Both the position numbers and the translations under genes were made by a program. The notes below the pieces were generated by a model. It searched no databases. It was not told the origin of the DNA and saw nothing but the letters and a program-made list of their open reading frames with translations. Source: an uncultured Nitrososphaeria archaeon (GTDB taxonomy: Archaea > Thermoproteota > Nitrososphaeria > Geothermarchaeales > JDFR-13). Taken from it: a DNA stretch of 61,943 nucleotides. Below, piece after piece: positions 19,748-29,540 of the stretch. The stretch spans positions 1-61,943 of the forward strand of contig CAZGXJ010000004.1 in NCBI GenBank assembly GCA_964529905.1, read 5' to 3'. The number at the start of each line of letters is the position of its first letter. Within the stretch, counting starts at the first letter, position 1.

Positions 19748-20728
19748 TCACTCCTCCTTTAGACGGGCACCTGTATAGTGCATAAAAACATCGTCAAGTG
19801 TAGGTTCCCTCATATGTACAGATCTAACCCTCACACCCCCTTCGATGAGTAACTCCAATATCTTTGGGAGTAACTCCTCCACTTTATTTAGATATATTTT
19901 AATAGTTGAATCGATGATGTTTACCTTACTTACCTGTTCAAACTCATTTATCCTGTTTAAGATACCATCCTTAAGTCTACCCTCAATAGATATCTCCAAA
20001 ATATCTCCACCTGGAATAGTGTCCTTAAGTTCCTTGGGAGTCCCTACGGCCACGATTCTACCCTTATATATTATCCCAATCCTATCTGAGAGTATATCAG
20101 CTTCATATAATTCGTTGGTGGCTAAAATAATTGTTGAACCTTCATCTCTCAACTCTCTGATCATATCCCAGATCATATGCTTACCAGTTACATCGATTTG
20201 AGCTGTAGGCTCATCAAATATCGCTACTCTAGGCTTCTGGATGAAGACTTTAGATATCTCAACTCTCTTCCTCATACCACCCGAGAGCTCGAAAGCTCTC
20301 TTATTCCTAGCCTCCCACATATTAAACCTTGTTAAGACATCTTTGACAACTTCTCTAGCCTTCTGCCCCCTATAACCACATACCTTAGCATGCCAAATTA
20401 ATATTTCATAGGGGGTATTAATCCAAAAAAGTTTTGGGTCTTGGAAAGCCATACCTATCAATTCCCTAACCCTATCCGGCTCCCTCCTAATGTCATATCC
20501 ATAGACATATGCAGTCCCATCACTGGGCTTTAAAACTGTAGTCAACATCAACAAAGTCGTAGACTTACCAGCACCGTTAGGCCCCAACAAACCGAAGATC
20601 TCCCTATCATAGATATCCAACGTAATATGGTCAACAGCCAAATATTTACCATAATACTTAGTTAAACCATCTATCTTAACAGCTATATCACCAGCCATAA
20701 TTTTTATACACACCTCCAAATCAATCAA
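19748..20728 (-). CDS. DrrA-like ABC exporter ATPase
   Basis: GPNGAGKST, LSGGMRKR, FDEPT, C-terminal REPTLDDVF..YTG. Confidence 0.93.
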   Translation of the reverse strand: MIDLEVCIKIMAGDIAVKIDGLTKYYGKYLAVDHITLDIYDREIFGLLGPNGAGKSTTLLMLTTVLKPSDGTAYVYGYDIRREPDRVRELIGMAFQDPKLFWINTPYEILIWHAKVCGYRGQKAREVVKDVLTRFNMWEARNKRAFELSGGMRKRVEISKVFIQKPRVAIFDEPTAQIDVTGKHMIWDMIRELRDEGSTIILATNELYEADILSDRIGIIYKGRIVAVGTPKELKDTIPGGDILEISIEGRLKDGILNRINEFEQVSKVNIIDSTIKIYLNKVEELLPKILELLIEGGVRVRSVHMREPTLDDVFMHYTGARLKEE

Positions 20729-20801
20729 CTAGGGGCAATAGAATTAAAAACAGTATTCAATATATAACTTTTAATCTAATCCAGAAAACTAAAACAGCGA
20801 T

Positions 20802-21077
20802 TTATATCGATATATTTTGACTAAGTAGGACCGTGACTAATATAATAACTAATATAACTATAGTTGAGACACCTACATAGTCCCTATTCTTATATAGGCT
20901 ATATAGGGAGACAGATATAATCGTCATCGGAGGGAGGTAGATTAGATACATGAGATATATAACTCCCTCCCAAAGCCCTTGAAGGATTGAGATCGATATA
21001 GATGAAAATAGTGCTATTAACAGTGATGATGTAATTATGACCTTTACATGTTTCCTGGATACGCTACCCACATTCAA
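20802..21077 (-). CDS. Small membrane protein (DUF1634-like partner of TauE/SafE)
   Basis: Three hydrophobic segments; 4-nt overlap with the TauE/SafE gene. Confidence 0.55.
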   Translation of the reverse strand: MNVGSVSRKHVKVIITSSLLIALFSSISISILQGLWEGVIYLMYLIYLPPMTIISVSLYSLYKNRDYVGVSTIVILVIILVTVLLSQNISI

Positions 21078-21844
21078 ATAGATACACCTCTGACCAACAT
21101 CATAAACGCAAATATAATAATGACACCTACAAATACCTTCCGGAGGATATCTGCTCCAGCCCTGATACCAGCCCTACTCCCTAGTTGAGCCCCGAATATG
21201 GAGGATATGTATGCTATACCCAATAACCTCAAATCTATTTTCCCTGACATCAAGTATATATAACTACCAGTAAAGGATGTTATAGATATCATATATTCAC
21301 TGGTCCCAATAGCAATCTTCATAGGTAGACCTAGATATAACGTCATTATAGGGACCTTCAATATACCCCCGCCAACACCAAGTAAACCAGATAAAAGCCC
21401 GGCGATAAAGGAGATGGCGGCCCCACTTAAAAGTCTTTTAGGTGATACTTCCCTATAGGTGAATCTCTCTACTACCCCACCACCTTTAAACATCATATAA
21501 CCCACATATAATAAGACGATGCCAAAGAGAATGTAGAGGTATTTCTGATCAGTTATCAAAGCTAAATGAGCACCAAAATATACCCCTAATACAGTGGCTA
21601 ATTCAAGGATAGACCCGATCTTAAAATCTACATCCCCATTTAAAATGTAGTTAAGTGATGCTGATGACGATACACCTACAATTGATATTAAGCTAAGACC
21701 GATAGCCTCATGTATAGGGAGGCCCACCACAATACTTAGAAGGGGGACCATTAAGAATCCACCACCTAGACCTATCAAGGACCCTATGAAGGCGGAGATG
21801 AATATGGTAAACCCAACCATGATAAACTGTACTAGTGACAACAT
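21074..21844 (-). CDS. Sulfite exporter TauE/SafE family protein
   Basis: Duplicated GLGGG...VP and GVGGG...VP motifs, AIGTS. Confidence 0.92.
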   Translation of the reverse strand: MLSLVQFIMVGFTIFISAFIGSLIGLGGGFLMVPLLSIVVGLPIHEAIGLSLISIVGVSSSASLNYILNGDVDFKIGSILELATVLGVYFGAHLALITDQKYLYILFGIVLLYVGYMMFKGGGVVERFTYREVSPKRLLSGAAISFIAGLLSGLLGVGGGILKVPIMTLYLGLPMKIAIGTSEYMISITSFTGSYIYLMSGKIDLRLLGIAYISSIFGAQLGSRAGIRAGADILRKVFVGVIIIFAFMMLVRGVSI

Positions 21845-21921
21845 ATGAAATATATGATATCTACATATAGGTTAAATAAAGGATTTAAAATATTTCCCTT
21901 AGGAGTTATATCGATTTTAAT

Positions 21922-22368
21922 ATGAAGATATTTCTAATGCAACATGGAAAATCACTTCCAGAGGAGGTAGATCCAGAGAAGAGCCTAAGTAGTGAAGGGA
22001 GAATTGAGACTGAGAAGATTGCAGATATTCTTAGGAATATAGGCGTCAAACCTGATAAGATATTGACTAGTGGAAAGAAGAGGGCTATAGAAACCGCTGA
22101 GATAGTCTCTAGATATTTAGATGTTGGATATGAGAGAGTTGAAGGACTAAATCCTTTAGATGATCCAAGCATAATTTATTCTAAGCTTATGGATATGGAG
22201 AGGGATATATTCATAGTGGGTCATCTACCACATCTATCAAGACTATTATCAAAGATACTAGGTGTAGATAGAGAAGTAGTTAAATTCAGATATTCAGGAG
22301 TTGTATGTCTTGAGAAGGAGGAGGTATGGAGGATCCTATGGTATATAAGACCCGATATAATTAGGTAG
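21922..22368 (+). CDS. sixA: Phosphohistidine phosphatase SixA
   Basis: QHG..., SGKKRA.ETA, VGHLPHL motifs of the histidine-phosphatase fold. Confidence 0.88.
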   Translation: MKIFLMQHGKSLPEEVDPEKSLSSEGRIETEKIADILRNIGVKPDKILTSGKKRAIETAEIVSRYLDVGYERVEGLNPLDDPSIIYSKLMDMERDIFIVGHLPHLSRLLSKILGVDREVVKFRYSGVVCLEKEEVWRILWYIRPDIIR

Positions 22369-22406
22369 TATCAAAGGATTAATTATAGTATCAAAAACTA
22401 ATTGAT

Positions 22407-23165
22407 GTGTATATGAAGGAGATATTTAGGAAGGGGAGGACTATAATAGGATTCTCCATATATGATGCCTTCGGTGCATACATCTTAAAAGAAGTTGGGG
22501 ATATAGACTTTATAGTTATAGGTGATAGTGCATCGATGGTTTTAAAGGGATATGAAGATGTTAAACACGTCACAATAATGGAAATGATCGAATATTTTAA
22601 GACTGTGAAGAGGATTATAGATGATAAACCCGTATTCATAGATCTCCCCTATGGAACATATGGAGATATGGTAGACCATAGAGATACATTACATATTTTA
22701 AGGGATTTGGGGGTTGACGGGATCTTAGTAGAAGGGGTATATCCAAAGGTAATTAGAGATTCTCTGGATTTAGGCCTAGAATGTATAGTCCATCTAGGAT
22801 ATATGCCAAAATTCGATGAATATCCTAGGGTAATAGGTGAAGACGACTTTGACGACCTATTGAGACAAGTTAGATATGCCGAGGATCTTGGATGTATAGC
22901 AGTTAAGCTTGAATTAGTTAAGATGGATGTAGCTAGGAGAATAAGGGAGAGTATCTCTATACCAGTATTGGGTACAGGCTCGGGACCCTACGTAGATGGA
23001 CACATACTTGTTCTATATGACTTCCTAGGGATGACCCCAAAATTCAAACCTAGATTCGTTAGGATCTATATAGATATATTTAGGATGGGTGTGGAGGCGA
23101 CAAGGAGACTTGTTAGGGATATATTGGAGGGGAGATACCCAGATATAGATGAGTCATATGTTTAA
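22407..23165 (+). CDS. panB: 3-methyl-2-oxobutanoate hydroxymethyltransferase
   Basis: YD...A, VIGDS..MV..G, DLPYG, HLG..P, GTGSGP..DG..LV.YD.LG. Confidence 0.9.
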   Translation: MYMKEIFRKGRTIIGFSIYDAFGAYILKEVGDIDFIVIGDSASMVLKGYEDVKHVTIMEMIEYFKTVKRIIDDKPVFIDLPYGTYGDMVDHRDTLHILRDLGVDGILVEGVYPKVIRDSLDLGLECIVHLGYMPKFDEYPRVIGEDDFDDLLRQVRYAEDLGCIAVKLELVKMDVARRIRESISIPVLGTGSGPYVDGHILVLYDFLGMTPKFKPRFVRIYIDIFRMGVEATRRLVRDILEGRYPDIDESYV

Positions 23166-23184
23166 AAAAGAGAGGGAAGATTAT

Positions 23185-23409
23185 CTAACAGCAGCAACAG
23201 CCCCCGTCGCCATGGTGCTCATGTTCATGCCCATGATGATGCTCCCCAGGCATCCCTTTAGGGCCGTGTAATAGATAGTGCTCTGGATCCTTCTCAAACT
23301 CGGATTTACACATAGGGCTACAGAAATAATATATCTTACCTTTATAAACCGTCTTAGCCGCCGCTTTACTCGGATCCACCTCCATACCACATACAGGATC
23401 TAACGCCAT
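23185..23409 (-). CDS. YHS/TRASH domain metal-binding protein with His/Cys-rich tail
   Basis: DPVCGM...YYFCS..C..F..DPE.Y; tail HHHGHEHEHHGDGGCCCC; downstream of copA. Confidence 0.9.
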   Translation of the reverse strand: MALDPVCGMEVDPSKAAAKTVYKGKIYYFCSPMCKSEFEKDPEHYLLHGPKGMPGEHHHGHEHEHHGDGGCCCC

Positions 23410-23497
23410 ATGTTGATCACCTCATATAAATAATACACCCAAAATATTTAAACTATTATAGTTTTTTTCGTAGCGGTTAAAAAAATATTGTAGTCTT

Positions 23498-25954
23498 TCA
23501 ATCGACCTCAGGGTTCCACCTCTTTAGGAGGAGTGCATTTCCAGTGACTGAGATCGAGCTCATCGCCATCGCGGCACCTGCATATTCAGGCCTTAAAATA
23601 ATTCCATATATTGATAGTATGCCTGCTGCAACTGGTATTAATATCACGTTATATATGAATGCCCAGAATAGGTTGAATTTTATCTTATCCTTTATCTTCC
23701 TACTTATCTTAATGGATATGGGTATACTGCTTAATCGGCTACCAACTATTATTATATCTCCAGCCTCCTTAGCTATATCCGTGCCTCCACCCATGGCGAA
23801 CCCTATATCTGCCTGGGTTAGACTGGGGGCATCATTTATACCATCCCCAACCATTGCAACAACCTCACCTCTCCTCTGAAGCTCCTTAATCTTCTCAGCC
23901 TTATCTTCAGGCGACACCTCTGCATAAACCTCATCTATACCTAATTTAGATGCTATTGCCTCAGCGGTAACCTTATGATCTCCAGTCAACATCACGATCC
24001 GATATCCCTGCTTCTTAAGAGAGTTAACTGTTTTATAGGCATCCTCTTTAAGCGGGTCTGATATAGCTATTAACCCAGCTAAAGCACCGTCTATAGCGAC
24101 ATAGATAATTGTTTTACCCTCACCTCTAAGTCTTTTAACTATATCGGATACATCATCTATAGATATTTCGAAGCCGCCCATAAGCTTGTCATTCCCCAAT
24201 ACAACTGTTCTCCCCTTAACAACGGCGTAGATCCCCTGGCCAGGGATATATTCAAACTCATCCGGTTCACCCAATCCATCCTCGATAGTTTCGCTTGCTT
24301 TCTCAACGATGGCCAATCCAATTGGATGTTCACTCCCCTTCTCCGCTATACCTGCATATTCTATGATATCCTCACTCGTATATTCATTTGAAGTAGGGAT
24401 TATATCGGTTACAACGGGTTTACCTTCTGTCAACGTCCCTGTCTTATCAAATACAATAGTCGTTAAATCATCTATCTTCTCCAACACCTCGATATTTCTA
24501 ATAATTATACCTTTCTCAGCCGCCTTACCCACACCAACAATTATGGCTGTAGGCGTCGCTAAACCCAATGCACAGGGACATGCAACTAGAAGGACAGATG
24601 CGGTAAAGGTCAATGCTAGATGTAGTGGAGCGTTAAATATGGTGCTCCATATTATAAATGTAGATATCGCTATAGCTATAACTATCCATGTAAAATATCC
24701 TGATATCCTATCCACAAGCCTCTGTATAGGCGGTTTAGCTGACTGTGAATATTTCACAAGTTTAATTATCTGTGACAATACGGTTTCCTTACCGACCCTA
24801 GTAGCTATAACCTTTAAATATCCATTCTTTAATATAGTTCCAGCTACTACGGGGTCCCTCTCCTTCTTATATACAGGTATAGGTTCACCTGTCAACATCG
24901 ACTCATCTATATATCCATCACCCTCAACTATTATACCGTCGACAGGAATCTTCTCACCAGACTTTATAACTACTATATCCTTAACCTTGACATCCTCAAT
25001 ATTCACCTCAACCTCTTCACCATCTCTCAAAACTCTGGCTTTCTTAGATTGTAGCTCCATCATCTTCCTAACAGCCTCACCAGTCTTAAACTTCATCCTC
25101 GCCTCTAGATACCTACCTATCAAGATGAAGGTTATTACAATAGCTGATGCGTCAAAGAAGGACTCACCAGATACTACACCGAATAATGTGGATAAACTAT
25201 ATATATAGGCTGAACCAGTCCCAAGGGCCACCAAGGTATCCATATTCGCCGTACCATTCTTCAACGCTCTATATGCACCTATATAGAAACGTCTACCAGG
25301 AATAAACAATACTGGTGTACTCAATATGAAACCTAGTATATCCTTATATTCAATAAATGGTAGTCCAAGCCCTAAGATGGGTAATGTATAGTAGATCATA
25401 ATAGGGATAGTAAAAACTATACTTATTAACACGTGAGACTTAAGAGTTGATAACTCCTTCTCAGCCACCTTCCTCTCAATATCTTCAAACTCAGCCTTAG
25501 ACTCTATCCTAGATACTTTATACCCAGCTTTATCCAATATTTCTCCTACCTCCTGGAAAGTAATTGTTACTGGATTTATGGTTACATAGAGCGTTTTGGA
25601 GACGTGAGATGCCTTTACATCTACAATACCAGGCCTCTTCAACAACATATTCTCTACAATTGACTCATCATCTACAGTTGCCAGGTTCTCCACTATGAAG
25701 ACTCCCTCCTCTTTATATACGTCATATCCAACCTTTCTAATCTGGTTGACTACCTCCTTTAGAGACAGTTTTAATGGATCATACTCAATTAGAGCCTCTT
25801 CATTGGCAAGACTGACTGAAACGTTTCTGACGCCGTTTAACTTCTTAGAAGCCTTTTCAATAGTTACTGCACATGTTGCACAGTGCATACCGACTATCTT
25901 TAACCTCTCCTTAGCCAATTCCATTCTTTCCTCCTTAGACATGTCCATCACCAT
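23498..25954 (-). CDS. copA: Cu(I)-translocating P1B-1 ATPase
   Basis: GMHCATC HMA, TGE, CPCALGLATP, DKTGT, EHP, TGD, GDGIND, YN and MAMSS. Confidence 0.96.
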   Translation of the reverse strand: MVMDMSKEERMELAKERLKIVGMHCATCAVTIEKASKKLNGVRNVSVSLANEEALIEYDPLKLSLKEVVNQIRKVGYDVYKEEGVFIVENLATVDDESIVENMLLKRPGIVDVKASHVSKTLYVTINPVTITFQEVGEILDKAGYKVSRIESKAEFEDIERKVAEKELSTLKSHVLISIVFTIPIMIYYTLPILGLGLPFIEYKDILGFILSTPVLFIPGRRFYIGAYRALKNGTANMDTLVALGTGSAYIYSLSTLFGVVSGESFFDASAIVITFILIGRYLEARMKFKTGEAVRKMMELQSKKARVLRDGEEVEVNIEDVKVKDIVVIKSGEKIPVDGIIVEGDGYIDESMLTGEPIPVYKKERDPVVAGTILKNGYLKVIATRVGKETVLSQIIKLVKYSQSAKPPIQRLVDRISGYFTWIVIAIAISTFIIWSTIFNAPLHLALTFTASVLLVACPCALGLATPTAIIVGVGKAAEKGIIIRNIEVLEKIDDLTTIVFDKTGTLTEGKPVVTDIIPTSNEYTSEDIIEYAGIAEKGSEHPIGLAIVEKASETIEDGLGEPDEFEYIPGQGIYAVVKGRTVVLGNDKLMGGFEISIDDVSDIVKRLRGEGKTIIYVAIDGALAGLIAISDPLKEDAYKTVNSLKKQGYRIVMLTGDHKVTAEAIASKLGIDEVYAEVSPEDKAEKIKELQRRGEVVAMVGDGINDAPSLTQADIGFAMGGGTDIAKEAGDIIIVGSRLSSIPISIKISRKIKDKIKFNLFWAFIYNVILIPVAAGILSIYGIILRPEYAGAAMAMSSISVTGNALLLKRWNPEVD

Positions 25955-25962
25955 ATTTTTTG

Positions 25963-26014
25963 TACCACTACAATTATATTTATAATGGTATATAAATTCT
26001 TATAGTGGTATATT
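25963..26014. promoter_or_regulatory. Candidate operator array between copA and the ArsR-family gene
   Basis: TACCACTA (25963-25970) is inverted to TAGTGGTA (26003-26010); direct repeats TATAATGGTATAT (25981) and TATAGTGGTATAT (26001) are 20 bp apart. Confidence 0.55.
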
Positions 26015-26023
26015 TATTTTTAG

Positions 26024-26575
26024 GTGGTTATATTGAGTATTCCCCATGTATTCCGGATAGATGAGGTTAAGGCCCTATCAGATGAGATTAGGATAACGAT
26101 TTTGGATATGCTCTCTAAAAAACCGATGAGTGTCCAGGAAATAGTTGAAGAGTTGAAGAAGAGGGGGATAAATAAAAGTATAAATGCAGTTAGATATCAT
26201 GTTAAGGTCTTGAAGGAGAGTGGATTAATAGACCTGGTTAAAGTAGTGGAGGTAAAGGGAGGTGTATTAAAATACTATTCGACATCTAAAGATGTATATC
26301 TATATGAGGAGCCTAAGAACATAGATGAGTTAATAAATCCATTCATCCAATATGTAGAGAAAAGTGTTAAAGGAAGCATTATAAGATTATTGACTAGATA
26401 TGAGGATGAGATAATGGAGGTTGCCAAGAAGCTTAAGCCATGTCCATACTGCTATACCCAGCATTTCGTAGAACATATACTACTTGAGACTTTTAAGGGG
26501 GCTGTTGGAAAGGCTTTAAAGGACGAAGAGGTAAGGAATATTCTATCTAGATTTAGAGAGGAATTTGAGAAATAA
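26024..26575 (+). CDS. ArsR-family transcriptional regulator with C-terminal CPYC/His motif
   Basis: KALSDEIR..ILD.L, YHVKVLKESGLI; C-terminal PCPYC..QHF.EH; divergent from copA. Confidence 0.82.
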   Translation: MVILSIPHVFRIDEVKALSDEIRITILDMLSKKPMSVQEIVEELKKRGINKSINAVRYHVKVLKESGLIDLVKVVEVKGGVLKYYSTSKDVYLYEEPKNIDELINPFIQYVEKSVKGSIIRLLTRYEDEIMEVAKKLKPCPYCYTQHFVEHILLETFKGAVGKALKDEEVRNILSRFREEFEK

Positions 26576-26576
26576 T

Positions 26577-27638
26577 TTAAAATACTATTATCTGCCTCTT
26601 TAAAGCCCTACCTTCTTCAAGTCTCTTAAAAGCCTCATTTATCTCCTCCAACTTTATATGTTCAGTCAGCTTCCAATACTCTATAACTCCTTTTATACCC
26701 AACTGTCCTAGTTCATATAGCTCCATTAAAGAACCATATAACACGGTCTGTATGGATATCTCGTTTATCACCATACGGTGTATAGGTATAGGTGGGCCAT
26801 ACTCATTTCCAAGACCGACTAACACATATACCCCTCCTGGTGCCACCAAGTCTAGATATGTTGATATGGTCTTCTCCAGACCAACGAAATCTATAACGGC
26901 TTTTGGTGACTCACCTCCAAGTATATTAAGCAACTCCCTCTTAGGATCCACTTTAGATGCATCTATCAAGAAATCCATCCCATCTCTAAGATCTATCAAC
27001 TCATTAGCTAACCTGAGCTTATCCGGATTTATATCAACTGCGACAACTGGATTCGGCAAAAGCTTCCTAACGGTTTCCAATCCAAACATACCTGTCCCGC
27101 CCAAACCAATTATAAGTATGTATTCATCGGAAGATAGAAATCTAGATGCCTTTTTAACCGCTCTATACGCTGTTAAACCCGCATCACTTAAGATGGCTGC
27201 CGAAGCAAGATCTCTAATACCATCCACCTTAATTAAATATCTATAATGAGGGACAAGCATATACTCGGCATATCCACCATTATACATTATAATGCCTCCG
27301 GGTGTCCTAAGCCCACATATCTGATGGAGACCTGTCAAAGCATATCTATCATCCTCCATACAGTAAAAACTATATACTAGCACCTCAGTACCTTCGGAGA
27401 TATAGCTTGAGGCTGAGTCACCCACCTCCTCTACAATACCGGATACTTCATGTCCTAGTATAAATGGGAATGTAACAGGCAACTCATCCGAGAACTCTCC
27501 CTTTATTAGATGTAGATCACTATGACATACACCGGATCCCTTAACCCTAACCAAAACCTCATTTCCCACTGGCCTAGGCTTCTCAACATCCTCAATTTTG
27601 AATTCCTGGTTATATCCATATAATACCGCGGCCTTCAA
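26577..27638 (-). CDS. adh: Zn-dependent medium-chain alcohol dehydrogenase
   Basis: GVCHSDLH, LGHE, GGYAEY, DAG.TAY.A, GLGG.G, VD. Confidence 0.92.
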   Translation of the reverse strand: MKAAVLYGYNQEFKIEDVEKPRPVGNEVLVRVKGSGVCHSDLHLIKGEFSDELPVTFPFILGHEVSGIVEEVGDSASSYISEGTEVLVYSFYCMEDDRYALTGLHQICGLRTPGGIIMYNGGYAEYMLVPHYRYLIKVDGIRDLASAAILSDAGLTAYRAVKKASRFLSSDEYILIIGLGGTGMFGLETVRKLLPNPVVAVDINPDKLRLANELIDLRDGMDFLIDASKVDPKRELLNILGGESPKAVIDFVGLEKTISTYLDLVAPGGVYVLVGLGNEYGPPIPIHRMVINEISIQTVLYGSLMELYELGQLGIKGVIEYWKLTEHIKLEEINEAFKRLEEGRALKRQIIVF

Positions 27639-28061
27639 TTAGATCCCCACCTTCTTGGCGATATTCACCAACTCAATAGCTGCTTTTGGATATCTTAAGA
27701 TTGTGGAGAAATTACCCTTAACAAGCCTAATCTTCCTCCTAACTAGGGCATTAACCGGGTTCATACCCTTCTCAATCAACTCCCGCCAATCATCATATTT
27801 ACCAGAAATTATGAAAGGAGCTTCATTACCTGTATATTCACTGAGAAATTTAGCCTCAAGACATCTACCATTCTCAAGTTTAACTAGTATAGCTGGTCTA
27901 TCCCCATACTTAGCCTTTAGGTCTGGTGGGAGATCCTCGACTGTGAAGAGGATTGGCCAGACCCAACCCTGTGCACTCCTCCTATATTCCTCAGATTCAT
28001 TTATATATTTACAGAATATATCCGCCCATTCTTGGGAAGGGAAGTCAGGCATCATATACAC
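27639..28061 (-). CDS. SCP2 sterol/lipid-binding domain protein
   Basis: FPSQEW...F...IN....Y...A..W; ISG.Y..W..L......P..AL....I.L.KG; coupled to adh. Confidence 0.85.
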   Translation of the reverse strand: MYMMPDFPSQEWADIFCKYINESEEYRRSAQGWVWPILFTVEDLPPDLKAKYGDRPAILVKLENGRCLEAKFLSEYTGNEAPFIISGKYDDWRELIEKGMNPVNALVRRKIRLVKGNFSTILRYPKAAIELVNIAKKVGI

Positions 28062-28213
28062 CCCATAGCATCCTATAGATATTATAGCAGTATATTGATA
28101 AAAACGGTTTTACAAATATTATACCTCAGCTATTATTATAGGTATTCATATTATTAATCTATGGAATATATAGATATCCATTTATATAACTCGTAGTTCT
28201 AGATGTTTTTTAG

Positions 28214-28537
<324 letters not shown>

Positions 28538-28574
28538 TTAAGTCCATAAAATATTCACTATACCTCTCACATCC

Positions 28575-29540
28575 TTATTTTTTACCTCCCAACTTTTCCA
28601 TTAGTCTCTCTACAACGGTATTATCAACTGAATCTCTAGATCCCTCTACCCATTTATCTATGAGTTCTTGGGGTGGCTCAGCATCTGCTAATATCCATAC
28701 CATAACTATATTACCTATATCACCCCTTCTACCATCTACGGGTGTCTCCAGAATTAATGGCTTCCTCCTAATGTCTTCATGGGATAATAAGTATTGGAAA
28801 CCCTTCTCCCCAATATATCCTAATCCTATATGTTCGTGATGATCCCTACCACTCCCAACCTCATGTTTAGAGTCGTTTAAATGTATCACATATACGTTAT
28901 CCCATCCTATGAGACTATGGAACTCGTCATATGTCTCCTCAACACCCCTCCTAGTTTTTAGGTCATATCCAGCTGAGAAGGCATGGGCGGTATCGAAGCA
29001 TATCCCTATCCTATCATGGTATCCAGATAAAGAGTCATATAGCCTCTTCAAATCCTCAAATCTACTACCCATATTATTTTTCTGTCCAGCCATATTTTCT
29101 AGTAGGATCCTCACATTGTTATCAACCGTATCTAATGCTTTAGATATGGCTGATGTCAGACGCTTCAAACCATTTTCAAAGCCAGAACCCATGTGACTAC
29201 CTAGATGTATAACTAGATAGGGTATCTCCAATTCTCCACATCTCCTCAACTCATTAATTAATGTCTCTAGACTCTTCTCATATATATCGTCCTTTGGAGA
29301 TGATAGGTTTGGTAGATATGGCATATGGGCCACATTATATCCCTTAAACCCGTATCTCTCCACCTTAACTTTATACATTAATTTCTCCTCGTCCTTCAAA
29401 GGTGGATACTTCCATCCCCTTGGATTCCTAGTAAATATTTGGAAGGCTGTACATCCCATCTCATAAGCCCTATCAACACTCTTATCTATCCCACCAGATA
29501 TCGATGTATGTAGACCTACATGTAGAGACATATGGCCCAC
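28575..29540 (-). CDS. nfo: Endonuclease IV (AP endonuclease)
   Basis: H.SI.GG, H.PYL.NL.S, H.GS, LENMAG, CFDT.H.F, HLNDSK, DHHEHIG, ETP. Confidence 0.94.
   Translation of the reverse strand: MGHMSLHVGLHTSISGGIDKSVDRAYEMGCTAFQIFTRNPRGWKYPPLKDEEKLMYKVKVERYGFKGYNVAHMPYLPNLSSPKDDIYEKSLETLINELRRCGELEIPYLVIHLGSHMGSGFENGLKRLTSAISKALDTVDNNVRILLENMAGQKNNMGSRFEDLKRLYDSLSGYHDRIGICFDTAHAFSAGYDLKTRRGVEETYDEFHSLIGWDNVYVIHLNDSKHEVGSGRDHHEHIGLGYIGEKGFQYLLSHEDIRRKPLILETPVDGRRGDIGNIVMVWILADAEPPQELIDKWVEGSRDSVDNTVVERLMEKLGGKK

Noticed and set aside
13690-23165. PLP enzyme as the aspartate decarboxylase partnering panB
   Set aside because: Possible by analogy to Thermococcus MfnA-like enzymes, but the 472-aa length and SAPSYPYG/YASW-type motifs look more SPL-like, and the genes are ~7 kb apart. 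Unresolved without a phylogeny.
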